DNA of 63,508 bases, the filler included, from Reclinomonas americana ATCC 50394 (taxonomy: Eukaryota), in assembly GCA_048213135.1 (NCBI GenBank). It is 7 parts of 2 records of this genome, joined end to end, with 100 filler letters (N's around TTAATTAATTAA, not from the genome) between each part and the next. Parts side by side here need not be neighbours in the genome. Positions count along the whole stretch, not along the records: positions 1 to 16,093 come from PS015069.1; positions 16,194 to 24,531 come from PS015069.1; 5 more parts are not named here. One strand, written 5' to 3'. Below are positions 11,551-24,631 of this stretch, piece after piece. How positions within the stretch are numbered: position 1 is the stretch's first letter; each line of letters starts with the position of its first letter. Under the pieces are notes generated by a model. The model had not been told where the DNA came from and did not search any database. It saw nothing but the letters and a program-made list of their open reading frames with translations. The position numbers and the translations under genes were made by a program.

Positions 11551-11749
11551 AGCTCAGCAGGGGAAGGAATGCAGAGGTTGAAAGGAGACAAAGGACAATG
11601 CGCAAACGGTGGAAGTTCATTCATGGTTAGCGAAAGGGAAGGAAGAAGAAGGGGAGGTGGGGCACGTGCAGCTACGACGGCAGCATGATCCTGCCATGCT
11701 ACAAGCGGCTGCAGATGACCATCGGTCGCGATCGGATTTGGTGTCATGA

Positions 11750-12465
11750 TTAGAAGGCCTTGTGGCCGCCGGCGCTCTCCAGAATGACCGAGTAGCTCGG
11801 TCCGAGCATCGGGTCGAAGAAGGGCTTGAGCTTCTCGATCTCCTCCGCCGGTCCCATGATCTCAATGTCGTACATCGGGAAGAGCTGTTGCGATCATGAG
11901 TTTTGCATGCACGCGCCCACCTTTCCTGCTGTACAGAGGGGAGAGAGGCGCAACAGAGGTGAACTCCGCGAGGATGGGTCCAACGGCTTGGAACGCCTTC
12001 ATCATGCCCTCTGCGTCGGCGGAGATCACTGCATGCAACACGGCGGACGTCATGCATATGATTAATGCATGAGTGAGGAGCTGTATGCAGCAGTGAGATG
12101 TGCAGCAGTCCCCACTCAACTGCGCGGCGTCAGCACAATGCCCCTCGCGGTCTCCTGCGCGCCACTATAACACGCAGAAAGATAGCAACGCTGCAATGTC
12201 ACGACGAATATCGGAAAAATTCTTCGAATTCTCACTCAGCGCACGCAACAAACTGAATGCCAGAGTGGTACCGGCCTCCTTGATGGCGTGAGTGCCTCGA
12301 GTGAGCACACCCTGCGCACACACGAACAACAACGTGTACAAGTATGTGATGGGTGTTCCGGTGGCAGACATGCCTTTCACACAAACACAACACTCGTACC
12401 ACTGCCTCCTCGTACTTGGACTTGGGGAAGATGTGCTTGGCGATCATGGTGACGGTGGTGTCCAT
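11750..12465 (-). CDS. Small ABM-like (dimeric alpha-beta barrel) protein, paralog 1; 5 exons
   Basis: MDTTVTMIAKHIFPKSKYEEAV|GVLTRGTHAIKEAGTTLAFSF|GAQETARGIVLTPRM|ISADAEGMMKAFQAVGPILAEFTS|LFPMYDIEIMGPAEEIEKLKPFFDPMLGPSYSVILESAGGHKAF*. The fold call is inferred from pattern resemblance. Confidence 0.7.
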
Positions 12466-12861
12466 GGCTGCTGCGCGTGCGTGTGTCTTGTTGGAAAGTA
12501 AGTGGATGAGTGGGACAACGTGTGGATATCCGATGCAAATTCGATTCGAACAGTCCCTCCGCGGACGCGCGGACGCGCCGGTTTATCCGTTCAGTGTCCG
12601 TATGCCACACGAAGTGCAGAAGGGGGCATCAGCAAGACCACACACACCAACTCACAGCAATCAGAAGGCAGTGGTTCAACACCAGTGCGTGTGTGCAAGT
12701 TTCATTGATACGCACACTCATGCGACAACTGGTGAAAGGGGAGGATAGAGGGGGTGTGGACGGCGAGGGGCAACGGCCAGACCGGCGCGCGCCAGCTGCA
12801 GCCAGTAGCGCTTGCAATTGCATTATCAAGGCAATTGCAGTCATGGCCTCCGGGTTGCGAA

Positions 12862-13584
12862 TCAGAAGGTCTTGTGGCCACCGACGCTCTCCAGAATGAT
12901 CGAGTAGCGCGGTCCAAACGTCGGATCGAAGACGGGCTTGAGCTTCTCAATCTCCTCCGCCGGCCCCATGACCTCCATGTCGTACAACGGGAAGATCTTC
13001 GAATTCACACGGCAAGCAACGTTAACAAGGAATCGAGGTGAGCTGACGACGCACGCAGCGCGTGGAGAGACAGCGAGAGACGCAACAGTGGCAGACTCCG
13101 ATATGGCTGGTTGAGCGGCCTGGAAGGATTTCAGCACGTCCTCGGCGGTGGCACAAATCACTGCGCACTTTGAGTGAGGACGCAGCGAGTGCTGTTTTGC
13201 ACACAGTGTATGCGAACAACACACTCAACTGCGCGGCGTCAGCACAAAGCCCATCGGGGTCTCCTGCACACCACTGTGCATCCAAAAGAACAACACCAAT
13301 GATTATCGACGAGAGCGGAAAAATTCGAATTCATCACACACAAGATACTCTCTCTCTCTCTCACACACATACGCAACAAGCTAAAGGCCAGAGCGCAGCC
13401 AGCCTCCTTGATGGCCTGAGCACCGCGCTCGAGCACGGCCTGCCCATTCGCGAAAACACACGTTCATGAGTCGCAGGCGACAACAGATGTGATGCGATGT
13501 GTGTCGCTCCGAACATACCAGTGACTCCTCGTACTTCTGCTTGGGAATGAGGTGCTTGGCGATCGTCGTAATGGTGGTGTCCAT
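12862..13584 (-). CDS. Small ABM-like protein, paralog 2
   Basis: Same five-exon structure: MDTTITTIAKHLIPKQKYEESL|AVLERGAQAIKEAGCALAFSF|GVQETPMGFVLTPR...IFPLYDMEVMGPAEEIEKLKPVFDPTFGPRYSIILESVGGHKTF*. Confidence 0.7.
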
Positions 13585-13989
13585 GGTGGCTGCGTCTGAC
13601 TTGTTGCAAAGTAAGTGGATGAGTGGGACACCGCAGCGTGTGGATATCCGTCTGCAAATTCGAACGGTCCCTTCGCGCACGGACGCGCTGTTTCGGTTCA
13701 GTGCGCCATTCGAAAGAAGCATCCTGTGCGGAGTGCAGAGGCGGGCATCGGCAAGACCACACACGCCAGCTCACTGCGCATGCAGTCAGAAGGATACACG
13801 AAGCGACAGAGAGTTCAACACCAGCGCGTGTTCATTGATACGCACACTCGTGCGACAACTGGTGAAAGGGGAAGTTAGAGGGGGTGGGGAGGGCGTGGGG
13901 CAACAGCCAGACCGGCGCGCGCCAGCTGCAGCTTAACACAAGCAATTGCATTATCAAGGAAATTGCAGTCATGGCCACCGGGTTGCGAT

Positions 13990-14684
13990 TCAGAAGGTCT
14001 TGTGGCCACCGACGCTCTCCAGAATGATCGAGTAGCGCGGTCCAAACACGGGATCGAAGACGGGCTTGAGCTTCTCAATCTCCGCCGCCGGTCCCATGAC
14101 CTCCATGTCGTACAACGGGAAGAGCTGCAAGAAGGAATCGAGGTGAGCTGACGACGCACCCGTGGAGAGACAGCGGGAGACGCAACAGTAGCAGCCTCCG
14201 CGAGGGTAGGCCGAGCGGCCTGGAAGGATTTCAGCACGTCCTCCGCAGTCGCACAAATCACTGCGCAGATGAGTGAGGACGGGTGCTGTTTTGCACACAG
14301 TTAGGCGAACAACACACTCAACAGCGCGGTGTGAGCACAAAGCCCATCGGGGTCTCCTGCACACCACTGTGCATCCAACAGAACAACACCAATGATTATC
14401 GACGAGAGCGGAAAAACTCATTGCACACAAGTTACACACACTCTCTCTCTCACACACACGCAACAAGCTAAAGGCCAGAGCGCAGCCAGCCTCCTTGATG
14501 GCCCGAGTGCCGTGCTCGAGCACAGCCTGCCCATTCGCGAAAACACACGTTCATGAGACGCAGGCGACAACAGATGCGATGCGATGTGTGTCCCGATAGG
14601 CACACGCTCCGAACATACCAGAGACTCTTCGTACTTCTGCTTGGGAATGATGTGCTTGGCGATCATCGTAATGGTGGTGTCCAT
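13990..14684 (-). CDS. Small ABM-like protein, paralog 3
   Basis: Same structure as paralog 2. Synonymous differences (CTG/CTC, ACG/ACA in VLTPR) support the reading frame. Confidence 0.7.
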
Positions 14685-14772
14685 GGTGGCTGCGTGCGCC
14701 TGTCTTCTGTGAAAAAAACGATGAAAAACCAGCCTCACCGACCGATGGATCGTCGAAAATCTTCCGCCTCGT

Positions 14773-16193
14773 TCATTCTGCTTGTCTCACATGAATGAGG
14801 TTCTGAGTCGCACATGTCAGCTCAAGACCGACGGGCGAGAACAGCATCATGCGCACGGCCGTGAGATTGTACGTTCCCGGAGACGTGAACACGGCCTGCA
14901 CGCAAACAAGGCAACACGCATGAGAACTCGCAGTCGTCAACTGCATTGCTGCTTGCCACACGCACCTGCATTGGCATCTGCCGCGTCTCGTGTCCCTCCA
15001 GTCGAATGGTGGACTTGACACTGCCGGCCCAGGAGAACACAGGTCCACACCATGCGTCGCCCTCCTCAAATGGCTGCAGCAGCTCCAACTCTAAACACAC
15101 CGACGTGTCCACCATGCGGTTGTGCAACTCGATCATCACCGGCACGGTGCACAGACTGCGCGGGGGCCGTGAGATAAAGAAGACGAGACAAGTGTTGACA
15201 CAGAGTCATGCAACTTGAGAGGATTGCTAAAGTCGTGCACCAACTCGCTGGGGTGAACAAAGCGCATCTTCAGCGGGCATGTGTTGTCGGTGACCTCGGC
15301 CGAGTGCACATTCAACACGTGCTCCACTTGCAACGCCGGTAGCTCAATCGACTGTGGCGCCCCGTGAGATTGATTGATCGGCAGCAGCAGCACCCCCCAC
15401 CCACAAACATCACGCAACGTCGCTGAGATGAATCTGACCACGCATGCCGCTCTCCGAGCGCCAAAAGACAATCCACGACACCGCGTCGCGAGACTCGGGG
15501 AAGAAATGTCGCGCCAAGCACTCACGCGCCCAGTCTGCGCCACGAAGGCCAATCTTAGCACACCCTCACTTCTCTCCTTCACGCGCACACATAGTCACTC
15601 ACCCTTGGGGCGCACACGTCGGCGACGATTCAGTCGACGGATAATGCCGGCGGTGGCATCCGAAATGGTGAGCCCAGCACCGGCCACAAACGAACGACGC
15701 CGGTTAAGCATTTGCGTCGTGCCAGTGGCCACGGCGGCCGCCACCGCCGCTGCGTGGTCTTCCGCAATGGAGCGGAACTGTTGATTCCAGAACACATCAA
15801 AGGCGTACAGCGAGAACACGGGTGGTCCGACAACCGTGTCGAAGCTGGCCACCTGATCCTGCGCCACCGAGCCCACCGACGTGCAGACGAGTGAGGCGGC
15901 GGAAAAGTCGGCCGCTGCCTCCCTCTGGCGACGCGCGTGCGCATCTTCACCGGTCGCCACACCACCCATTGGGAACACTCGCATGTGCACATTGGTCGAC
16001 GTGAGACTCGGTATCGCCCACTGCGTGCCACCATCGGGGAGCCTGTGTGTGTGTGTTTGTGTGTCAGTCAGCGGATAACACACCGCTGCTCTANNNNNNN
16101 NNNNNNNNNNNNNNNNNNNNNNNNNNNNNNNNNNNNNTTAATTAATTAANNNNNNNNNNNNNNNNNNNNNNNNNNNNNNNNNNNNNNNNNNNN

Positions 16194-16225
<32 letters not shown>

Positions 16226-19200
16226 GCTCGTGACAAACCAGCCGGTCGCCCACGCGCATCATTGGCCGTGAATTGCGGCAGCCGCAACGTGTGCGGTCTC
16301 AGCGGCCGACACACGGTGGCACTGGCGACGAGAGTCTCGCACGACACCTCTTCGACTACACGGCACGATTCTGCGCATCGCCATCCATGTCCATTCAGGC
16401 ACGTGTCTCAACGTCAGACATGGGTGGAGGACGTACCACTGCTGGATTCTGCGTATGGCACATGCACGGAGCTGGCCAGGTTCGATCGGTGCACATTGGT
16501 CGCCAGGAAGCTGGCGTGGCTCACACTCAACGCAATGTGTGACACATCCGAGTGGCCAGTGTTTACGAATCGCAAAATCGCCTGCACACATCCGTCAGCC
16601 AGCAGAACGCAACAGAGGATACGTTCTCCCGTCGCACCTCTTGGCACTGAGTGTGGTACAGCTCGGCAGGCACTGTTGTCTTCATCTCCTCCACATGCAG
16701 TGCGGCCGTCGCTGGTCGAATGAGCATGGCGTCTGTCGCAATGGGATTCTGCGAGACAAGGGACAGATAGATGGATCAGCGCAGAGGGAGAACGGAAGTC
16801 ACACACGCATCAATCGCATCCACCTTCATCTGATGCTGCAGTGAGCCCTGGCGCTTCTGTCGCTGCTTCGGCAACTGCAACAGCGGCTCGTCAAAGTAGC
16901 GGCAGCAATCGACCTGGTTCTGCAGGCGCCAACGCACGCCAGTGACACGCAGCCAGCCATCGCGAGTCGGCACAAGCGACAGACGGAACTGTGAAGAGAC
17001 AAGAAAGACAATGAGATGGTGTCACCATGGCACGCACATGCGATGTTCAAGAACGTACTCGGCGAATTTCGTGCGGCTGCAGCTGCGAATCAACGGGCTC
17101 TACATTGAACCCGCGACCAGAAGCTGATTCAGCGGAGGTGCTGTCCAACTGCGAAGATGGTGAATGAGAATAAGAATGCCACAGTACCAGTCGTGGCAGG
17201 TGACGCACTACATCGGTCTTGTAGCCAGAGCTGTCATGCACACTCGATCCACTGTCTGTCGACGACGATCCGGCCGTCTGTACAACGCACGAAATGAGCA
17301 AAACAGACACATGATGTACACAGTGGACTTAGCGACGGCAAGTGACCTTTGGTGGAAGCTCAGGCTGCACAAACTGCGCCAGCAACTGCAAGTCGGTCAG
17401 CCGGAGTGGGACGTCCAGTGGATTCTCAAAGACCACCTCGACGTAGAGAGGCACTGCATTCCCAGAAAATGATCAGCACAACGATTCTCTCTCTCTCTCT
17501 CCCACCCTCCCTCACTCTCTCACCTCCCACAAACGACTGGAAGGGGAAATCCGAGTGCAAAAACTTGAGACCGGCCCCCTTGAAGTCGGTTCCCGTCGGG
17601 TTGGTGGTCGTAATGGCCACGTTGCCCGACTCCTCCACAATGGCCTGCAGTTCACTGACAGCTGCCGATTCCAGCTCTCGCCACGCCTCATCGTCCTCAC
17701 CGGCTGCACCAGTCATTCTTGCCATGAGTCCATCTCTGCAAGGCGCAAAACAGCAGCACATCACTCACCTCGATTCAACATCTCCGGCGTGCCGTGGCGG
17801 TTCACCAGCACCGTGATGTTCCGATGGTCGAGCAGCGGAATGTCCATGTAGTCAATGATGCCGACGGGAAGTGACGAGTCCGGATGGCCACCATTCGGAG
17901 GCATCGTCACGCCACCACCACTGCTGCCACTGCTGCTGCTGCCACCGGCGTCAGCTGCCTCCTGTCGCTTCCCTTCGGCATACCGCACACACATGCCGAG
18001 GAACTCCTTCAGGAATCCGTCCTGTTTCCTCCGCTCTTGCTTGCAACGCTTGAGGAAGGAGTGGAAGTGGCGCACAGCATGCTCGAGCTCCCCGAGGTAC
18101 GAGTGACAGCGCCCCAGTGAGATGTCGATGTGCTGCGAGATCTGGTCCCACATTTTGCCGTCGTAAATCTCACATCCGCTCTGGTAACATCGCAGTGCGT
18201 GTTTCCGCTGCGACACACACGCGCGCCACTCAGTGAGCACTCGTGGCGATCGACTGCGTGTGCGCGCATGCATGTACGTGCTTACCATGTGGCACTGATT
18301 GTAACGGAAACCGGCCAACGTGAGGTAAAATGCAAACTTGCGCAAAAATGGTTTCGGCCGTCGCAGGTAGCAGTACGCCGACTGCTCGAGGAAAAGTGCA
18401 TTGTAAATGGCCGAGTCCGTGACCTGCGGGCACGCCAGCCACAACACGTCAGACGGCGACTGGCGTATCAACAACAGCACCACAAAGTCAACAAGCACAC
18501 CTGCACTGAGGCCACTCGCACAAAANNNNNNNNNNNNNNNNNNNNNNNNNNNNNNNNNNNNNNNNNNNNNNNNNNNNNNNNNNNNNNNNNNNNNNNNNNN
18601 NNNNNNNNNNNNNNNNNNNNNNNNNNNNNNNNNNNNNNNNNNNNNNNNNNNNNNNNNNNNNNNNNNNNNNNNNNNNNNNNNNNNNNNNNNNNNNNNNNNN
18701 NNNNNNNNNNNNNNNNNNNNNNNNNNNNNNNNNNNNNNNNNNNNNNNNNNNNNNNNNNTTGATCATCTGTATTTCCCCCCGCGTGCAGGCATTGGCATTG
18801 TGTCGGTGCACGAACCGAATTGCATTGAGCGACTGAACGCGATTTTCAGTGTGGAGAACTTCCCGCCGTCGTTCAACGAGGCCTCGATGGACCAGTCGTT
18901 TGTGCGCTTTGTGATCTTGATTCAGGATCTGCACCAGCCGCACGACGAGACCAACATGATGCGTGAGATTGAGCACGTGCGCTCTGTTTTCGGCGGCGAC
19001 ATGTGCCGCCTCATCACACTCAACTCGCAACCGCGCGACGTACCACCACCTGCCGATCAGACCATGGATGTGTGGTCCAACGGCATCGATCTGCCGTACC
19101 TCTCCGAAGACACCCGTGGAGCGTACCTCTCGCTGCAGGACCGTGATCGCTTGCGGCTGGTCATGGAGGAGTTTCTCGTGCAAGTGCTGCTGCCCTCGAT

Positions 19201-20972
19201 CGAGAATCGCATCAAGAGCGTCAATCAGCAAGTTCCGTCCCTCTCCCATCGTCCCTCCTTTCTGTCACCCAGTGTGTGTGTGTGTCTGTACTCACCGGCG
19301 TGGCATCGCATCGCATTCCGTGCACAGGTCATGTCCAACCGCAAGGGTCTGCGCAATCGCTTCTCCAACTGGTTGAAGGGCAAGCGTGGCTCCGGTCCCA
19401 GCGAGGTCAACGAGCAGGGATTCGGCAAGCGCTACGAGTACGATGCCACCGAGAGTCAGCTGCGGCGCATGGCCGACTTGGCGTTCATGCTGGGCGACTA
19501 CGACACGGCGTACTCGACGTACAAGTCCGTGAGCACCGATTTCAAGGAGGCCAGAGTTGCGTTTCCTCCGTCTCCCGTACCCCGTGCTGCCACGTGGCCA
19601 CACTCTCACCCTGCCGCAGTCGTGGAAGCACTATGCTGGAGCGCAGGAGATGGCGGGCGTGTGTGGCATGATGACGGGTGCCTCCAAGAAGGACGTGGAA
19701 GCCTATTTTGACCAGGCACTGCAGGTATGTGTGTGTGTGTGTTGTCGTCCTTCCCTTTCGTCCACACAGATTTCACTCAGTTTCTCTCTGTGTGCCTTTG
19801 CGGCGCAGCACTACGACCGGTGGGGTGCGCGATCTTTGCTGCAGCGCTCGTGGTATCTGCTGGCGCTGTGGCACATGATGTCGGGAAACTGGGTGGAGGC
19901 TGCCGACACNNNNNNNNNNNNNNNNNNNNTCCACCGGTCGCCGCCACGCTGTCTGTGCTGTGCGTGCATGTGAGCAAGCGTGAGTGCACTCGGGAGAGCG
20001 GCGAAGTGAGGATTCTCTGTTGATTTGGCGCTTATATATTTCTGCACGCATTTACCACATGTCGCAGTCACCATTCACACGGTGAAGGATGTTCCGCTGC
20101 TGGTCAACAACTTTGTGGTGCGCTTTGTCGCGCCCTCGAAGATGCATGAGATGTCGCCGGCGGAGGTGCGACCTTTGCCCTGCTGCTTGCTCCCTGTGCG
20201 ATCCTCACTACTCGTGTCGATTAGGTGGCACATCGAGTCACCGAGGTGGCGCGCCTGTACTTTACCGAGGATGATCCGTCGACGGAGCTGCGCATGGTCG
20301 AGGGCCAGCCGCAGATCTCTGCCGAGGCCGACTACACGCCGTGGTTCACGGCGGCACGACACGAGTTGCTGCGTTCATTCACGTGCTCCGGGCACGAGAC
20401 TTTTGATCATCCGGTCGCCTGTTGCGTGGAAGCAGCGTTGGCGCTGAAGAGGGAGCCTGTAGCAATGACNNNNNNNNNNNNNNNNNNNNNNNNNNNNNNN
20501 NNNNNNNNNNNNNNNNNNNNNNNNNNNNNNNNNNNNNNNNNNNNNNNNNNNNNNNNNNNNNNNNNNNNNNNNNNNNNNNNNNNNNNNNNNNNNNNNNNNG
20601 AGAGAGAAAGAGAGGAAACAAGCACGTGCCGGGACATCGCACGCTCTCACTCACACACACACGCACACGCACATACACACACACGCTTACCCTCTCACAC
20701 GTTCCATGTACACGCACGCAGAGAGAGAGAGAGAGATGCACACAGAGTGCCGTCTCTGACAGTGATGCAACTGCTTGTCTGAGTGAAACCTGTCTCTCTC
20801 TCCCTTACGAACCCTCCCGTCGCAGCACGCCGTACGGTCTCAGCAGTGCATCGTAGGTCAGTCGATTGAGACTGAGAGCCTCGTCGGCGGCCGGCGACGA
20901 GGACACCATCACAGTCGGCGCTGCAATGGCGGCCGACAGGTGTCGGATGACCTCTTGTCGAGTCATCTCCAT
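14773..20972 (-). CDS. TRAPPC8: TRAPP III subunit Trs85/TRAPPC8. Exon 1 (20813-20972) and the 3' half (14773-~18424) are on minus; two internal gap-bounded contigs (~18759-19909 and ~19930-20469) carry their exons on plus
   Basis: NRLTYDALLRPYG; TPWFTAARHELL...HETFDHPVAC|IGIVS; ESQLRRMADLAFMLGDYDTAYSTY...DFK..SWKHYAGAQEM; ALFLEQSAYCY...RKFAFYLTLAGFRY...HALRCY; VFTSPGTYNL. Confidence 0.85.
16094..16193. other. Artificial contig linker N-TTAATTAATTAA-N (also at 24576, 29350, 44149, 47367 and 60327)
   Basis: An identical 12-mer giving stops in all six frames is centred in a 100-nt N block six times. Confidence 0.95.
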
Positions 20973-21320
20973 CTTGCCTTCTTAGCCAGAGCTGCACGCG
21001 AGAGAGCGCGCGCGCACACACACAGAGACAGACAGATACAGGCGAGTAGGCAGACGCGCGCGCGCTGTTGATTGTGAGAGCTTGGCGTGTCCTGTTTCGT
21101 CCCAAATCATCATCATCCTTGTTGGTCGACGTGCTCGGGCAACACGACTTACACTTCTCGTGATTCTCGTTACAGCAAGGGTATGTGGCGGGGGGTAATA
21201 GTGAAGGAAAGGAAAAAATAGAAACAGGCATTCTTGTACACACATACACATGAGGGAGGAAAGCAAAACAACAGCGAGAGAGAGAGAGAAACGACTATAA
21301 AGGGTGCGCTGTTAACGAAT

Positions 21321-24051
21321 TCAGCGCTTGGTGGCGTCCTCAACGCCCTTTTGGTTGTGCTTGTTGAACAGCTCCAACAGCTCCGGTGTGTAGTATGGTT
21401 GTTCTGCGCCCATAGTAAGCGAAAAGAAAACCGAGCAAAACTCTTGACCACGCAGCGAGACAAACCTTGAGTGCCATTGTTCTGTTCCCGATCCTCGAGG
21501 AAGCAAATCACCAGCGTCTCAATCGCCGTGTCGTACACAGAGAAGAAGATCGAGGTCACCAGGTAGGCAATGATGCAGATGACGGCCAGTGGCAACACCT
21601 TGCCATCGACGCCGTCGGCCAGCTTGTCGACATTCAACAGGAAGTAGCCGCACAGCGCCGTCAGCAAGGTGACGCACAGCTTGCTGAAGAAGATCATGAG
21701 GTCGCCAATCAGGTTGACCACCATCAGGGTGGCGGCGTTGCGTGTCAGCAGGCCGAATGCCATTCGTGCGCCGCCGCAGAACGAAGTGCCTTGCATCGCC
21801 ACCTGTGTAGTATCCACCTGGTGAGTGAAACGAGAACGAAGAGAGATCTGTGTCCCTCTAGCGCCACAAACCTCGACGTAGGCAATCTTGGTGATGAACT
21901 TGAGGCACTTCTCAAAGCACCACAAGCAGCACTGGCAGCAGCACAAGCAGGCCTTCAGGCAGCAGTTTGTCGAGTTCTTCAGACGCGCCTGCAACTTGGC
22001 CAGCAGGTAGCGGATGAGCTTGACCACGGCGATGATGAAGGAGCCGAAGGCAATTGATCCGAGGTGGTATCGCATGGTGCGCCAGAACGAGTGCCAGGTG
22101 GCGAACGACGGCGCCTCCTTGTCGTCGCCCACAGTGCCAAAGTACCAGCTCGACACGGTCATCGAGAGAACGACCTATCACGTGGAGGGTAAGCAAAATC
22201 ACGACGACTTTGATGTCAGCGACAAGTAAATCGACTCACAAATGACACGCCCCACAGGAACTGCGACGTCCAAAAGTAGCCAAACACATGGTACAACTGC
22301 AGGTACGCCAGCGTCTTGTCGTAGGTAAAGTTGCCGGTGAGGGCATCAAACTGGCCAGCGCTCATGAGGAAGATGCAGGTGGCGATCCAGAACACCGTAA
22401 AGGCAATTTCGACGGCCAGCATCCACAGCGGGAAGAACTGTACGAGAAAACACACACAAAGCCGTCGCTCAGCGTCATCCCACTCCATACTCGCGCAGCA
22501 ACTCGGCACACACACACACACACTCACCATCATCATGGGCACGGAGGCGACAGCCCGCGACGCCAGCGCCATCAGCGCCACCGTCAGACGCAAACGCGTC
22601 AGGAAGAAGCACGAGATGAGAAGGAGGAGACCACCGAGACCGGCGGCCGTCCAGCCGAGCACCTGGAAGAGGATCTTGCTGTTCTTGAAGTACGACAGGC
22701 CAGTGGCGGTGTTGTCGTTACTCAGTGAGGTTGAGTAGTCGAGAAGGAACCATGCCGACACGCCGAGACCAGCAATCAGCAGAATAATGGTGCTGTAGAC
22801 AAAGGCGCCGGCGGTGCAGCGCAGCAGCACAATCCACAAGAAGGAGATGACCATGGCGATACCGGCGCAAATGGCCAGCACACGCCAGCACTGGTACAGA
22901 GTGCCCATGGCACGACGCGCCGAATCGGCGGCGTTGCTGAGACTAGAATCGACACGCGCCTGAGCCTCCGTCAGCGTGGCGTCGACCAGCGCGTTGGGGA
23001 AGCATCGGAAAAAGATGTTGCGTGTCGCGTACCACGTCGGAGAGCTAACGCCACGGCCGGGGTAGTCCGCAGGGAACTGTGCGACGATCAAGCGAGAAAT
23101 GTGAGATGGCGACAAAGGCATGCAACTGGCATCTGCTGCACTCACCGCGCTGCTGACATTGGTGCTGTCAGTGGGACAATTGGAGACGCATATACCCTTG
23201 TTGGGGTAGCCTTGGTCAAAGAACACACGGCGGAAGCCGCTCAGATCCATGGCCGAGGCGCAGCTCGTGACGCCCTTTCCGCACACTGCACAACAACCAT
23301 GTCCGGTTTCAGTAAACAGGCACTCTCGTCCAAGTCGATCGAAAGAATCACGCACCATCTTCCACATACGACGGCGACGTGTTATCCACACCGCACAGAT
23401 TGCCAAGCTGATCGCGGCCGTAGACAACTCTGCGTTCGGAGGCAAACGAATTTGAGATGACTGTCGCGGAGAAGTCGCCAGTCAACGCGCGCTCTCACCG
23501 TGCAGGCGAGCCGCGCTGGTAGCCCAGATACGCCACGTATCCCATGCCGGCCCAGAACGCCAGAATCAGAATCAGCCACAGACAGTCGGTGCATGATCGC
23601 TTCTGACTGAACGGATTGGTGACCTGCGCGCGCGTAGCAGACGAGTGGCGGTCAGCCACAGAGAGAGCGAGGGAAGCGGAAGCACAACTGCACTCAACTT
23701 GTCGTCGCTTCGCCAGGTCCTCTTGCCAGATCTGCGCGCAAACCAAGTGTCAACCGCCTCCCTCACTTGATCATCGCGAGAGAGCGGTTCAGCGCGCACG
23801 AACCTTGCGATCAAGATCCTCCTGTTCTCTTGTCTTGTGCGTATCATTGTGCGACGGGTCCTACAATCACACACGAAAGAGATACGTTCACGTCAGCGCG
23901 TGCCTTCCTCCAGTGAACAGCACCAGAAATCGAACAACAAGAACAAAACCTCGGCAAAGGCCACTGGTCCATGCGGACCGTTACTATCGCGACGAGGCAG
24001 GTGCTGATTGGTCGGAGAGACCTTGCTGCTCATCGACGGACTCGATCCCAT
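21321..24051 (-). CDS. SLC44: Choline transporter-like protein (CTL/SLC44); start approximate
   Basis: KRSCTDCLWL...; FGYFWTSQF; RYHLGSIAFGSFIIA; CCCQCCLWCFEKCLKFITKIAY..AMQGTSFC..A..AF.LL.RN; FFSVYDTAIETLVICFLEDREQNNG; PYY. Confidence 0.9.
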
Positions 24052-24631
24052 GCTGCCTTGCTCTCAACAAAGAAGAACACAACTCTGTGTCCGATGGCCG
24101 ATCGTTACAAACCAAGCGAAAAAAAGGGAAAAGAAAGTGTGGCCCTCCGAGGCACAGTGTGGATGATCGATGCACGTGGAGCGAGAAAGTGTGCGCGCGT
24201 GTGGGAGAAAGGACAGGTGAGAAAGCGGTGTTTTGCTTGCTCACCACACGCTCAACGACTCGGACAAATGAGCGGCTCGCTTCTTCCCGCGCATTCCAAT
24301 CCGTCCTCGTTGCAACGGCGCGCACGCCAGTCACTACTCTCACACACACAACGACACAACGCGCCTGTTACGTCCACTCATCACACACACCTCTCGCTCT
24401 CTTGCTCTCTGTCTGTGCGTGTGAGATCATTCCACGCTTTTGTCATTTTCGTCTGCGGTCCTCTCTCCACTCACCCCGGGTCCACTGTCTCACACACACA
24501 CACAGAGAGAGAGAATGGGTTGTCGACCTGGNNNNNNNNNNNNNNNNNNNNNNNNNNNNNNNNNNNNNNNNNNNNTTAATTAATTAANNNNNNNNNNNNN
24601 NNNNNNNNNNNNNNNNNNNNNNNNNNNNNNN

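Noticed and set aside
12031-12120. Reading shifted donors as non-canonical G|TT...AGN introns
   Set aside because: GT-AG boundaries give conservative residues across paralogs (Met/Met/Leu) and restore conserved motifs elsewhere; the alternative gives Arg/Trp.
11750-14684. Triplicated block as a CRISPR array or transposon
   Set aside because: The units are ~1.1-kb spliced protein genes with no short repeat-spacer structure, terminal repeats or transposase.
16138-16149. TTAATTAATTAA palindrome recurring six times, as a possible recombination site or element end
   Set aside because: It is always centred in a 100-nt N block and has stops in all six frames, so it is a synthetic assembly linker.
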